In this document: one piece after another, positions 48,546 to 58,941 of the stretch
Layout: each line of letters begins with the position of its first letter
Position numbering within the stretch: position 1 is the stretch's first letter
Source: Candidatus Helarchaeota archaeon
GTDB taxonomy: Archaea; Asgardarchaeota; Lokiarchaeia; Helarchaeales; RDOG01
Length of the DNA: 61,870 nucleotides
Assembly: GCA_029838215.1 (NCBI GenBank)
Contig: JALGVI010000008.1
Span: 1-61,870 of the forward strand
Direction of reading: 5' to 3'
Position numbers and translations under genes: made by a program
The notes under the pieces: model-generated
Database searches by the model: none
What the model was told of the DNA's origin: nothing
Seen by the model: the letters and a program-made list of their open reading frames with translations, nothing else

Positions 48546-49100
48546 TCATCCAATCCGACCATCGTAAGTAAGAGCTATCTTGATGCAACCATCATCAAGT
48601 GATTCAATGTTGACGCTAGAAGTATACAGCCTATATGACGTGGTCAAGATTGGCGTGAAGAATCGTGAGAGAATCTTCGTTGCATTAGATAGGAATAATT
48701 TGGCAACATCTTTTGGGGATTCTGCAATGACACCATGCTTCGATAGGCAATTATTGATGATTTCTAATTCTTGCGGTTCAAAAACGTAATTTATCTTGAT
48801 GATTGCATCCACATTTGAACGACCGATTTCACAAACGGTGCCCAATTTTTTCTGATCAAATGCAAACAAGTAGCATAGAAATGTTCCGAAGAGGGCTTTC
48901 CCGATCCATTTTAGAAATGGCGATATCGTATGATTTCCATATTTTTTCGTCCATTGCTTGTATGCTTGATTAAACTTTGTAATAAATGAATCTATCGGAC
49001 CTCTTTTCGCCTCTTCAAGGAATGCTAGAACGCCCCCAGTTATCTCCATTTTACTTGCTTGAATGATTCTATCGACCATTCCTTCAAATCGTTCATTCAT
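48546..49100 (-). CDS. Hypothetical protein
   Basis: 184 aa ORF, no family recognised. Confidence 0.5.
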   Translation of the reverse strand: MNERFEGMVDRIIQASKMEITGGVLAFLEEAKRGPIDSFITKFNQAYKQWTKKYGNHTISPFLKWIGKALFGTFLCYLFAFDQKKLGTVCEIGRSNVDAIIKINYVFEPQELEIINNCLSKHGVIAESPKDVAKLFLSNATKILSRFFTPILTTSYRLYTSSVNIESLDDGCIKIALTYDGRIG

Positions 49101-49214
49101 TAAAGCATCAACTCATTTTTATTTTGAATTGAACCACTGAGTTTTATATTTTTATGCTTTCAAAAACGATTATTTCTTGATAGAAAATTAAGTTTTTTCA
49201 AGGAAGAATGATTA

Positions 49215-49697
49215 ATGAAGCAAATAAGCGTGATAGGAGCTGGTGTATTGCAGGATCGTAGAATATATGAATTCACGCGTGAATTGGGACGCGCTTTGGC
49301 GAAAAACGGGTATATCGTGGTCTGTGGCGGAAAAGGTGGTGTAATGGAAGCTGTTTGCAGGGGAGTTCATGACGAAAATGGTATTTCTGTCGCAATTTTG
49401 CCAAGCATTAATGATGAAGAAGCTAACGAATATGCCTTCATAAGAATTCCCACGGGTCTTGGAGAAGAACGGAACAGGTTAGTCGTCCAATCTGCTTCCG
49501 TGATCATTTGCATTGCAGGTGAACGCGGCACGCGAATGGAGGCAAAATATGCGCTAAAATTGAAAAAACCCCTAATAACGGTTCCACATACAGGTGGTGT
49601 TTCGGAAGAATTTAGCACTTTGGTTTCCGATAACATGCATGTTGCTAATGATATTAAAGAAATTCTGACACTTCTTAAAGAGATCACGAAAAATTGA
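49215..49697 (+). CDS. LOG/SLOG family protein (TIGR00725-like)
   Basis: ISVIGA, VVCGGKGGVMEAVCRG, IPTGLGEERN, GTRMEA. Confidence 0.85.
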   Translation: MKQISVIGAGVLQDRRIYEFTRELGRALAKNGYIVVCGGKGGVMEAVCRGVHDENGISVAILPSINDEEANEYAFIRIPTGLGEERNRLVVQSASVIICIAGERGTRMEAKYALKLKKPLITVPHTGGVSEEFSTLVSDNMHVANDIKEILTLLKEITKN

Positions 49698-50253
49698 CTT
49701 GCTTTTTCTCACCACGCCAATGACGGATTAACTGTTCGTACATTTTTTCTAGACTCTCATTGGCATTAATATAAATAATGTCATCAAGATGTTCCCTCCA
49801 AGTTGGTAACTCAATTTTTTCAAAATATTCCGTTATTATTTCTTCGGGAACCTGACGGTGATTTCGTTCTTGATTTCTTTTTAGAGCGATTTCCAAGCGG
49901 GCTTGCAGGAAGATGATCCAAACGGCACCTTTTTCATACTTTGCTAAGGAAATGAATCTTTTTCTGTATGAGCGCAAATAATTCGTGCTATCTAAAATGA
50001 CGATCTTTTCTTTTTGCAATTCTTCAGCAACTCGGTCTTCAATGGTCTGCCATGTATTTTCCTCATCGACCATCTCATAAGTTCCTGTTAATTCCTTACG
50101 TGTTTCATCGGAAGAAATTAGAGAAATGCGATCTTTAAACACGCTTTCGAGTTTTTCTTTCAATAATTTCGAGAACGTTGTTTTTCCGCTGGCTTGAATG
50201 CCCGCTATTAGTAGGAGGGCGCAGTCACCCCTAGGCATGGAATAAATCACCAT
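49684..50253 (-). CDS. P-loop kinase, PSTK/KTI12-like catalytic domain
   Basis: GIQASGKTT, SSDETR, ILDSTNYLRSYR, KRNQER..QVPEEII. Confidence 0.7.
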   Translation of the reverse strand: MVIYSMPRGDCALLLIAGIQASGKTTFSKLLKEKLESVFKDRISLISSDETRKELTGTYEMVDEENTWQTIEDRVAEELQKEKIVILDSTNYLRSYRKRFISLAKYEKGAVWIIFLQARLEIALKRNQERNHRQVPEEIITEYFEKIELPTWREHLDDIIYINANESLEKMYEQLIRHWRGEKKQVNFS

Positions 50254-50351
50254 TTTTTATAGAGATAAATCAGAGATACAGATTTTTATGATGTGATAAT
50301 ATAAAAACATAAAGAAAAAAAACCGGTGTTTTTTAAAGATTTTAGACGAAT

Positions 50352-50957
50352 TTATTTTACAAGAGCTTCTGCAAGGGTGCGAAATGCATCTTCAACATTT
50401 TCTCCGCTTTTTGCGGATGTCTCAATAAAGCGAAGGGCTCCAATCAATTGCTTCATTTCTTCACCTTTTTTTGTTTCGATTGGTTCGAGACCTTCTTTCA
50501 GTAAATTTTTATCGACACCTTTCAATTCGTCCTTGATGTCCTTCTTGTTTCCGATTAAGATCATTGGTATGTCTTTTCCGCCGATGGCTGCTTTCAAGTC
50601 GTCATGAAAATCACCGACATCAAGATAGGTCGAAGGACGGGTCAAATCGAATACAAGCAAGGCACCTTGAGCACCACGATAATACATGTTTCTGACTTTG
50701 CCGAAATGTGTCTGTCCAGCCACGTCCCAGCAGGAAAGTTGAACTGTTTTATTGTCAATTTTTAATTCTTTCAACAGGATATTGACACCTATTGTTTCGA
50801 TGTACTTTTCTTTGAAGCTATTTGCTACAAAACGATTAATCAATGACGTTTTTCCAACGGCTGGACTTCCGATGCACACGATTTTAAAACTATAGACTTC
50901 TTTATCTCTGGACACTGTAAACCCTCTAAAAAATTTTAGTTGTAGGTTTTTGGACAT
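50352..50957 (-). CDS. Ras-superfamily small GTPase (Rab-like switch regions, Rho-like insert)
   Basis: GSPAVGKT, TIGV, WDVAGQ, YYRGA, GNKKD, ETSAK. Confidence 0.9.
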   Translation of the reverse strand: MSKNLQLKFFRGFTVSRDKEVYSFKIVCIGSPAVGKTSLINRFVANSFKEKYIETIGVNILLKELKIDNKTVQLSCWDVAGQTHFGKVRNMYYRGAQGALLVFDLTRPSTYLDVGDFHDDLKAAIGGKDIPMILIGNKKDIKDELKGVDKNLLKEGLEPIETKKGEEMKQLIGALRFIETSAKSGENVEDAFRTLAEALVK

Positions 50958-51122
50958 GATTTTTCTAACTGACGCATGGACTCGTCTCGTAATTGGAATA
51001 TTATTTGTCTTTATATTTTAAGCTTATTGAGCATGAAAAACCTGACAAGATTGTTTCGTTTTGAAGCGAAATTCAAAAACGAATTCAAAAAAAGAATTAC
51101 AGATTGAAGAAAATACTCTTTT

Positions 51123-52310
51123 TCAGTCTTCTTCTTCCATAACTTCACTTTGAGTAAAACCGTCTTCGTCTAATTCTTCTAAAGTTTCTCCTATTCCATC
51201 CTTGATCGATTTTACCGGGACATCTACAAATCCGCTTCGCAAGGACTTTACCATTGCTAATGAAATTTGCAATATATCGCGAGCATCTTTTCCATTTAGA
51301 ATCGGCTCGGCATCGTCTTTGACGCATTTAATAAAATGTCTCGTGCAATTTATGAAACTCCACTTCCAATCTGTTTGTTCTGGTAATTCTTGATGCCATT
51401 CTCCATCCCGATCAATCCAAAATAGACCCGGTTGTCCGGGACCTCCTTGATGGCAATTCTCAAACATCCTTCCTGTCAAGCCGTTAATCCATAAAATGCC
51501 ATTTGCACCATGAATCTCTACTTGTTCATCTTCACCATAATAATTCGAGCGAATCGGAGCAAAAGGTGTTTGGGAAATAACCCACGTGCCAAATTTATCG
51601 TGGCTCTTTTTATATAGAATCACGGCAGGAACATCTGCCTTGAGAACCTTTTTCATCCGATAGCCGCCTTTCCAGGCTTGCACGCTCTTAATTTTCTTGA
51701 GGAACATGTGAATGATGCTGTGCTTATGGTAACCATCATCATAAAGCCAGGGCATCTTATAATTCTCACGTTCCGTTATGCGCCAATAGTATGACCGAAG
51801 ATAATCCAGCTTCCAACTACTCAAAACATCATCAGCCGCCCAAGTACGTATGTTCACTGCATAAGGCTTACCAATAATTCCGCTTTCAACGAGTTCCAGT
51901 GCTCGAAGGTAAGGAGGATGAAATCGTGAGTTCTCAAAAACTTGAAATTTTACTCCTGCCTTTCTTGCGGCGCTTATCATTGCATCCATGTCACTCAACG
52001 TATTCGCAGGAACTTTTTGCAAGTTCACGTGTTTACCTGCTTCACACGCTTCGACTACCATCTTTGCATGTAAAGAATGTGGTGTCAGGACCTCAATTAT
52101 ATCCAAATCAGGATCCCTCAGCATCTCGTGATAATCCGTAAATGTATTTTTTATACCATATTCCGCGGCAGTTTTTTTCAAGCGACGCTTATTTTTATCG
52201 CAAATTGCATGTACTTCTGCATCAGGATTATCCAGATATCCCATGACGTTCAACGTAAATATCCTCCCGACGCCAACGATTCCGACTTTCAATTTTGTAA
52301 TTTTAATCAT
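51123..52310 (-). CDS. Gfo/Idh/MocA family oxidoreductase
   Basis: VGIVGVGRI, DIIEVLTPHSLH, GKHVNLQKVPA, YDDGYH. Confidence 0.85.
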   Translation of the reverse strand: MIKITKLKVGIVGVGRIFTLNVMGYLDNPDAEVHAICDKNKRRLKKTAAEYGIKNTFTDYHEMLRDPDLDIIEVLTPHSLHAKMVVEACEAGKHVNLQKVPANTLSDMDAMISAARKAGVKFQVFENSRFHPPYLRALELVESGIIGKPYAVNIRTWAADDVLSSWKLDYLRSYYWRITERENYKMPWLYDDGYHKHSIIHMFLKKIKSVQAWKGGYRMKKVLKADVPAVILYKKSHDKFGTWVISQTPFAPIRSNYYGEDEQVEIHGANGILWINGLTGRMFENCHQGGPGQPGLFWIDRDGEWHQELPEQTDWKWSFINCTRHFIKCVKDDAEPILNGKDARDILQISLAMVKSLRSGFVDVPVKSIKDGIGETLEELDEDGFTQSEVMEEED

Positions 52311-52443
52311 CTCTTAAAACATGTCAAATTCCTTGATAATATTTAAAACTATGTCACGAAGTATTCAAAAAAATAATTCAAGTAATTTATCTTTTGAACC
52401 GGATTAGAAGAACAATTATGCAGCGTTATAATACCAAAACTAA

Positions 52444-55400
52444 TTACCATTCGTTTCTCTCTTCTCTCATTTTAGCTCTATCTATATATTGATCCAACTC
52501 TGCGAGATATTCATTAAGCCATTGTAGAACATTATTATTAGTTTCATCTAGTTTCAATTTAGAGAATTTTTCCTTCTTTTTTTGATAGTGAAGACTAGCT
52601 GGTGGTCTATAAATCTCTGTTCCTGTTGTAAAATTGATTAATAATTCTATACGGACATCTTCCAAATGTCCATATCGTTTTAACACTTTGTAGGACAATG
52701 TGGGATTATTATTGTCATCATAAAGAGCACGTGGAGCATATCTCGCAATAAGTGATGCTCTATTTTGCTCATCCTCATCAATCCAACCCCATATTAATTT
52801 TAAGGGTATTAAAGAAAGAAAGTTCTTTCTTTGCATCCAATTTAATAACCAGAAAGATCTAGAGTCATGTTGGTATTTATCGATAATAAAATACTGCGTT
52901 ATTGATTTCCAAATTTGCTCTGGGAATTTTTTTCCAAAATCTATCAAAAAATTATTTATATAAGAGTCATATCCTTCAATGATTGTTCCCTCTTCACGAA
53001 AATGCTGGAATATAATTTCAACAATTGTAATACTTTCATTTGGATATAATTCAAAGAATTTAGAAGCGATCCTATACCAATAGAAAGAATCCATGTTGCT
53101 GAATTTATATTCAATATTCTTTCGAAACAACCGTTCATCTGTAAGTAATTTTAATGTTAATTCCTTCGGAAGTATTTTCTCTGAATCATGTTGTACATAA
53201 TAGGAAAAATAAAAATCGAGAATTAATGCAATTGCTTCAGTTCTAGGTGTTTCAATTAATAATTTCAACCATTTATTGAATGTATCTTCTGACATTGCCT
53301 GAGATCTGTGTCCAAGATATGAATCCTGTAATTGTTTGAGTGTAATGGCACCATTCTTATAGAGATTTAAAATCCTAAGAACAGATCTATCAGTTACACC
53401 TGATCGTTGAGAAAGTTGAAAAACCAACTCAAAATATTTTTCCTGTTTATATAAATCATCCAGAATTTTTTCCCATTCCTCTCTATTTCTTTCAAAGATT
53501 GAACGAAAATAGCCGTTTATTAGGGAATAATTAATCGGTTCCTCTTTAGATTCTATGAATTTAAGAAGATTTGGTAAAAGTGAAAGAATTTCATCCTTTT
53601 TACCCAATTCATAGCCAAAAAAATAAGCTTTATTTGCTTGATCTGTTAATAACCAAGTTAATTCGGACCTTAATAAAGCAGGATTCTTTATTGCATCCTT
53701 TGCTAATTGTTGAATTTGGTTTCTAGCTTCACCTATTGGTAAACCATCTCGATCAATATCGTCTTCAAAAAGCAGACTCATACCGACATATCGTTTTAAA
53801 AGGGAGGGAAAATCGTTTCCTGTCAGTTCTTCCTTCAATTTAGTCCATCTGACCAGAATGTCATCTGTTAACAAGCCCTTTTCAAAATGTAAGAGTTCAC
53901 TAATGCGATTAAGTAACATTTCCCTATTGCAGAATTTTCTTTTCGAGAGAGTTTTGATGGTCTTAAAAACAATCGTTTGGAATTCTGATTTAGTTCCTAG
54001 ACTTCTGATTTTATTAATTAATATATTACAAGCTTCAGCTTGCAAATTTTCTTCTAGTTTGTCAATCTCACTTTCTAATAGACTCCAGATAGCGCGATGT
54101 CCTTGAATCCACTCTTCATAGGATTTAGGAGTCCAAAATTGTTCGTCTTTTGGGAAGCCGTAATTAATATTATCGATTACTCTAACAAATCTACGGACCT
54201 GTAAAGCTCTTTCACAGGCTTTAAGAACTAACATTTGGCGATCCTTTATGCCTGAATTGAATGCATCTTTAATAATTGGTAACCTTTCGAGGGGTGAAGC
54301 CGCAGTTGGAGCGACTTTTCCCGGTCCTGGAGAGAAAAGATCAATGAATACACCTGTTGCATTATTTGCATAGCTTTCATTTTCTGCTTCGGCCAGTAAT
54401 AGGAGAATTCTTGCTGCACCAAGAAATAGTTCCTTTTTTCTGGCGAGCTTTTGAAGAGCCCAAATGATTTCTCTTCGACCATTTTTATATTCGAGTCTTT
54501 CTTCCTTAGTCCATTTACCAATTGTATTATTTAGGCATTTCAAAGCGGATTCTGGATCAGCCTCAGTGAGAATTAAAAAAAAATTTGCGCCTAATTTACT
54601 TTTCAAGAATTCCTTATTAGCCCCTTGAAATGGTCCAGCTTCCCCGAGTATTTCTCTAACCTTTTTCATCGCAACTTCAGACTTCTTAGCATAAGCAAAC
54701 ATCTCAAAAAACCATTCGCGCAGTTTTGGTTTTAGTTTCTTTGAGAAATCTTCTAATTCTATACCTAAACCATAACGATCCCAAAATTCAGTCCAAAGCC
54801 ACACGTGAAATAGCTTTGGAGTTATATAGAGTGTAATATCTCCTTGAAGGATCTTTCTTTTCCTAAGAGTAGATATTATCTCTTGAAATCTCATCCATGT
54901 AATTTGTGGATCTGTTTCTTCTATCAGTTTAGCGATATATCTCGCTTCATTAATTAAATCACGTCCAAATCCAAATCTCTTAAAAATTGAAAGATATCTT
55001 AGAGTTAATTCTCTTTGGACTACTTTTTGGTCGTTAGGATCATCTCCACCTGTGATAAAACGTTTCCATAGATTTGTGTAGTCCACTTCTTTCAAAACAT
55101 CTTCAGGGTTTTCAGGATCTTCTCTTAAATTCATACCAATGATATGAGCCACTCTTGGGTTACCATCACAATAACTGGCCCATTTTTTAGCTAAATCTTT
55201 ACTTACTCTATAATTTTCTATGATCTCAACGATCTTCTCAAGCTCTAAAGGCTTTAAGCTGTAGTACCTTGTAGTACCCGCTCTATACTCTTCTTCTTCT
55301 GGATAAATACTGATAAGTTTTATTCTAGGTCCCCGATTTCTCAATTTATTCCAAAGATTTGAACTCGTTGATACATCTAAATCATCAACAACTAAAATAA

Positions 55401-56253
55401 CATAAAAATCATTATCAACTCTTAAAATCTCATTTAAAAGAGGATTTTCTAAGAAATTACTAGGACGGGAAACATAAATCACCAAAGGGGAAAGATCCTC
55501 TCTCCGAGTGGCTTCATAAATAAGTTTAGTTTTCCCGATCCCTGGTTCTCCCAATATTCGGATATGAATGGAATCGTCAGCTCCTCTTAACTCACCCTGG
55601 AGAGCTGATACCAGCTGGTCCTCATTTTGATCTGGCATATATTCATTTCTCATATCTTCGTCTTGACCCCAACTCTTATGGGTTTGAAACTGTATTTTTT
55701 CAGTTCCTTTAATTAATAAGCATAAAGAAGGATATGGTTTAAAAAATCCAATCAGACCCGTCTGATCAAAAATATCTATCTGAGGATCTTCATAGTCACA
55801 ATCGTTGTGCAGGATGTCCCTTAAATTTGATTCTGCCAAAACACGTTGCTCCTTAAGTAATTCTATTCCAAAACAAACAATAACATATCTTCCACCACCA
55901 TCAAGACAGTGTTTTATCATTTTTTTAAGGTTATTTTTATTTGGTTCTTTTCTTTCACCAAATAATTCGTTTCTGAGCTCTGCTAGCTGCCATGGCTCAA
56001 ATGTTTTGCCAGATTTTATTTGAAACCCCGTTTGTCCCTTCTTTATTAGACCACTTTCATTTTCAGTATCGTTCTCAATATAAGCATCAATTCCTCCATC
56101 CTTCACGGAACTATCTGTCTTTATTGTAATCTTGGAGGGAGGGATCTCTAATCTTGTAGATTCAGCATACAATAATTCGCGGAATATGATATGAGATTCA
56201 TCAGGAGAGTACCTATCTAACTCTTCCTTTTTAATTGTAAACATTGTTTCCAT
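52444..56253 (-). CDS. PD-(D/E)xK nuclease-STAND NTPase-helical repeat protein (Avs-like)
   Basis: N-terminal DGGIDAYIE..GFQIKSG (Mrr/Cap4-like), Walker A GEPGIGKT, Walker B ILVVDD, STAND GxP (CDGNPR), long alpha-helical C-terminus. Confidence 0.75.
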   Translation of the reverse strand: METMFTIKKEELDRYSPDESHIIFRELLYAESTRLEIPPSKITIKTDSSVKDGGIDAYIENDTENESGLIKKGQTGFQIKSGKTFEPWQLAELRNELFGERKEPNKNNLKKMIKHCLDGGGRYVIVCFGIELLKEQRVLAESNLRDILHNDCDYEDPQIDIFDQTGLIGFFKPYPSLCLLIKGTEKIQFQTHKSWGQDEDMRNEYMPDQNEDQLVSALQGELRGADDSIHIRILGEPGIGKTKLIYEATRREDLSPLVIYVSRPSNFLENPLLNEILRVDNDFYVILVVDDLDVSTSSNLWNKLRNRGPRIKLISIYPEEEEYRAGTTRYYSLKPLELEKIVEIIENYRVSKDLAKKWASYCDGNPRVAHIIGMNLREDPENPEDVLKEVDYTNLWKRFITGGDDPNDQKVVQRELTLRYLSIFKRFGFGRDLINEARYIAKLIEETDPQITWMRFQEIISTLRKRKILQGDITLYITPKLFHVWLWTEFWDRYGLGIELEDFSKKLKPKLREWFFEMFAYAKKSEVAMKKVREILGEAGPFQGANKEFLKSKLGANFFLILTEADPESALKCLNNTIGKWTKEERLEYKNGRREIIWALQKLARKKELFLGAARILLLLAEAENESYANNATGVFIDLFSPGPGKVAPTAASPLERLPIIKDAFNSGIKDRQMLVLKACERALQVRRFVRVIDNINYGFPKDEQFWTPKSYEEWIQGHRAIWSLLESEIDKLEENLQAEACNILINKIRSLGTKSEFQTIVFKTIKTLSKRKFCNREMLLNRISELLHFEKGLLTDDILVRWTKLKEELTGNDFPSLLKRYVGMSLLFEDDIDRDGLPIGEARNQIQQLAKDAIKNPALLRSELTWLLTDQANKAYFFGYELGKKDEILSLLPNLLKFIESKEEPINYSLINGYFRSIFERNREEWEKILDDLYKQEKYFELVFQLSQRSGVTDRSVLRILNLYKNGAITLKQLQDSYLGHRSQAMSEDTFNKWLKLLIETPRTEAIALILDFYFSYYVQHDSEKILPKELTLKLLTDERLFRKNIEYKFSNMDSFYWYRIASKFFELYPNESITIVEIIFQHFREEGTIIEGYDSYINNFLIDFGKKFPEQIWKSITQYFIIDKYQHDSRSFWLLNWMQRKNFLSLIPLKLIWGWIDEDEQNRASLIARYAPRALYDDNNNPTLSYKVLKRYGHLEDVRIELLINFTTGTEIYRPPASLHYQKKKEKFSKLKLDETNNNVLQWLNEYLAELDQYIDRAKMREERNEW

Positions 56254-56277
56254 TCTATTTCATTCCCAATTAGTACT

Positions 56278-57279
56278 CTATTTAGTTCCTTTTCTTTTTT
56301 TCCTTTCTTGGATCATCTCATATGTTTTAGAACTGAAGAATTTTTCTTTATTCTTCATTGCTTCTTTGCCAATTCTTTGTATTTCATTCTGATCCCATTC
56401 ATATGAGTCTATTTCTTTAATTCTTGTAAAGATGAAGTTTAATAGTCCTAATCCATTGATTAATCCATCTTGAATTCCTTGGTCTGTCATTAAAACACCC
56501 TTTTCAAAAACCTCTGCGCCCTCAAATCCTAGAAATGAAGTAGGTTTAATAGCAGAAACAATAGAAATTGATGGAATATGGCAAAAAACAAACATTTGTG
56601 TCCTATCGTCATTAGATGCAAAAGTAGCATCAACTGTCCGTCTTATATATGGTTCAAATCCATCTGGTAAATCCAATTGTCTAGAAATTAATTCTGAAAT
56701 TCCTTTTCTCCAAATAATAATGTAATGAGAATTAATTTCGTTCCAGTTTGCATGTTGAAGTATATAACGCTTCCATTCAACCAAACAATTTTTAATATCC
56801 TCTCTATTAGAATTGAATACCTCATCTTTTAGGCCTAAATTATAACAATCATTATATAAAATTCTCCAAGATTGAGAAATTACATATTTTAATAGACGAG
56901 AATCATATTTAATATTAGTTGGTACCCCTTTTTCATTTATCTGGTAGAAAATTGTCCGAGCAAAATAGTTTTCAAATTTTCCGATTGATTGTTCACAAGA
57001 ATTGCATAACATGGGAGTTTTTACTAAATCTTGAACTCTTTGCTTTGGATTTTCAGCTTTTCTTAAAAATTTAGTTGCACCAGTCTTCTTTATCCATTTT
57101 CCAACAAAATTTGGAATTATGTGACTGATTTGTAGAGTATTTTGTTTTCCACAAAGAGGACATTTAGCAAAGGTACTTTTCCTTTTGTACCTCATAGTTA
57201 TCTTCAACTCTTCGGATTTATTAACGAATTTATCATAAATAATTCCAATCTTTGTTCTTTTTGAATCTATGGTTTTCAC
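56278..57279 (-). CDS. HNH-like (His-Me finger) nuclease domain protein
   Basis: CPLCG..SHIIP...LCNSCE Zn/HNH-type N-terminus, then an unknown domain. Confidence 0.6.
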   Translation of the reverse strand: MKTIDSKRTKIGIIYDKFVNKSEELKITMRYKRKSTFAKCPLCGKQNTLQISHIIPNFVGKWIKKTGATKFLRKAENPKQRVQDLVKTPMLCNSCEQSIGKFENYFARTIFYQINEKGVPTNIKYDSRLLKYVISQSWRILYNDCYNLGLKDEVFNSNREDIKNCLVEWKRYILQHANWNEINSHYIIIWRKGISELISRQLDLPDGFEPYIRRTVDATFASNDDRTQMFVFCHIPSISIVSAIKPTSFLGFEGAEVFEKGVLMTDQGIQDGLINGLGLLNFIFTRIKEIDSYEWDQNEIQRIGKEAMKNKEKFFSSKTYEMIQERKKRKGTK

Positions 57280-57688
57280 AAAATAACTCTAGAAATATTT
57301 CTGAAGCTTCTAATGATTTTGGAGTCTCGAAATATTCGAAAATCTCATAAAAAATACTATTTCCTTCTGGGATATACTGAATGACTTTTATTTGATTCCC
57401 GGTCAATTTAAGCTTATTTGGAAACGATTTGTCAATTTTTTGATATCTTCGCTTCGTGTTTGGTAATTTTGCGTCCTCTGAAACATGAATGGGTTCAAAT
57501 TCCCACCTAAGGTTCTGACGACATTCCCAGAATTTTAAACACTCGGGATCATTATATATCGGATATAAAAATCCCATTAAAATTGTCTGCATTTCACTTA
57601 ATTTATTTTCTAATACGAAAGAATTAATAATATCATTTTTTAAAATGGTTTCCAAATAATTTTTTATCGAAAAATTCTTCTCAATCAT
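57233..57688 (-). CDS. Hypothetical protein
   Basis: 151 aa, overlaps both neighbours. Confidence 0.45.
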   Translation of the reverse strand: MIEKNFSIKNYLETILKNDIINSFVLENKLSEMQTILMGFLYPIYNDPECLKFWECRQNLRWEFEPIHVSEDAKLPNTKRRYQKIDKSFPNKLKLTGNQIKVIQYIPEGNSIFYEIFEYFETPKSLEASEIFLELFCENHRFKKNKDWNYL

Positions 57689-58845
57689 TAAATAATTGCC
57701 TCCTGACTATTTCTTTGATTAATTGACTGTTGCTTCATTTTTAAAGGGATGAAATCATCCAACCAAGTAACGAACTTAGGATTGGAAGCAAATTCTTTGG
57801 TAAAAATTAGAAAACCTACTGGTGTCTGGATTTTAAAAAAGAGAAACTTAGAATCAAGAGTATCCGTATTTATTTGGGTTATTAATCCATTTTCTTGTAT
57901 TTTTTCTTGAGGCATGCTAATTTCCAAGAGAGATTTCGATACGTATCCATATTTCATATTTTTAGGTATTTTTGGTATCCAGAAATACCCTTTTTTAGAA
58001 ATTTGATTTATGCGGGAAATTAAAGCATCTCTAATTGAAGAATTATGCTTAGAACATGCTCTATATTTTTCAATCTTAAAGATCCAAGAACCTTGGCTTA
58101 AATTTTTTAATTGTTGCTCCATAACTAAGCTATGAAAATATTTGATAATCTTATATCCTTTATATAAAGTGGTTTTTTGCCTGATAATTCTTCTTTGCTT
58201 TATTAAATCACTAATTGCTCTTCTTAAAGATGCATCTGAGCAAAAATTCGTTTCAAGAAAAACCTGTTCTAATAATAACTTTGTTAGACCATATTTACTA
58301 AAATAAATAATCAGTTCGATTATTTCTCTTCGATTTTTCCCTAAATGAAAGATAATAGGTTCATCTTTAATATCGCAAATATAAAATCCTAAGTTATCCA
58401 TTTTTTGAGAAACAACTTCTGAATTAAGGTAAAATTTACCATCTAGGGATTTTTGAGATATTCGGGCAATAAAATTTTCAAGATATTTTCTGCTGATAGT
58501 ATTTTTTGCTTGATAAGCATCTAAAATCTCATAAACTTCTTTTTTTGAGCGCGGTTTATTAAGAAATTCAAAAATTTGATAACATTTTTCAGACTGATCT
58601 GGCTTATAATAATAAATCGAAATGCTATTTCGAGTTAATTCAATCCGATTGGGAAATGATTTATAGAGATCTGGGTATGATTTTAAAGAAGTTCCTTTAC
58701 TGGATTGTTTAATTGCTGTCTCTAAATGTAAAATTCGCGAAATTTCCCTATTTTCCCAAAAAGCACTGGCTTCATCACTATTATAAAGGTTCTTTGTTTT
58801 TTCGATTAAAATCGTTCTGAATTCTTCCATTTCTTTTATCACCAA
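57688..58845 (-). CDS. Hypothetical basic protein, possible winged-helix repeats
   Basis: 385 aa, K/R-rich; segments such as SDASLRRAISDLIKQRRIIR are wHTH-like. Confidence 0.5.
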   Translation of the reverse strand: MVIKEMEEFRTILIEKTKNLYNSDEASAFWENREISRILHLETAIKQSSKGTSLKSYPDLYKSFPNRIELTRNSISIYYYKPDQSEKCYQIFEFLNKPRSKKEVYEILDAYQAKNTISRKYLENFIARISQKSLDGKFYLNSEVVSQKMDNLGFYICDIKDEPIIFHLGKNRREIIELIIYFSKYGLTKLLLEQVFLETNFCSDASLRRAISDLIKQRRIIRQKTTLYKGYKIIKYFHSLVMEQQLKNLSQGSWIFKIEKYRACSKHNSSIRDALISRINQISKKGYFWIPKIPKNMKYGYVSKSLLEISMPQEKIQENGLITQINTDTLDSKFLFFKIQTPVGFLIFTKEFASNPKFVTWLDDFIPLKMKQQSINQRNSQEAII

Positions 58846-58941
58846 TAGGTCGAGATTTTAAGGTTAGTGTTTCTCACTAGTCTGTGGCTAGGTACGCTTT
58901 TAAAGTCGGACATTTTTCCTCGATAATATAATGAGCGTAAT

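Noticed and set aside
52311-52443. att direct repeat matching the island's right end
   Set aside because: Only a 7-bp inverted match (CACGAAG) was found; not significant. No integrase in the window.
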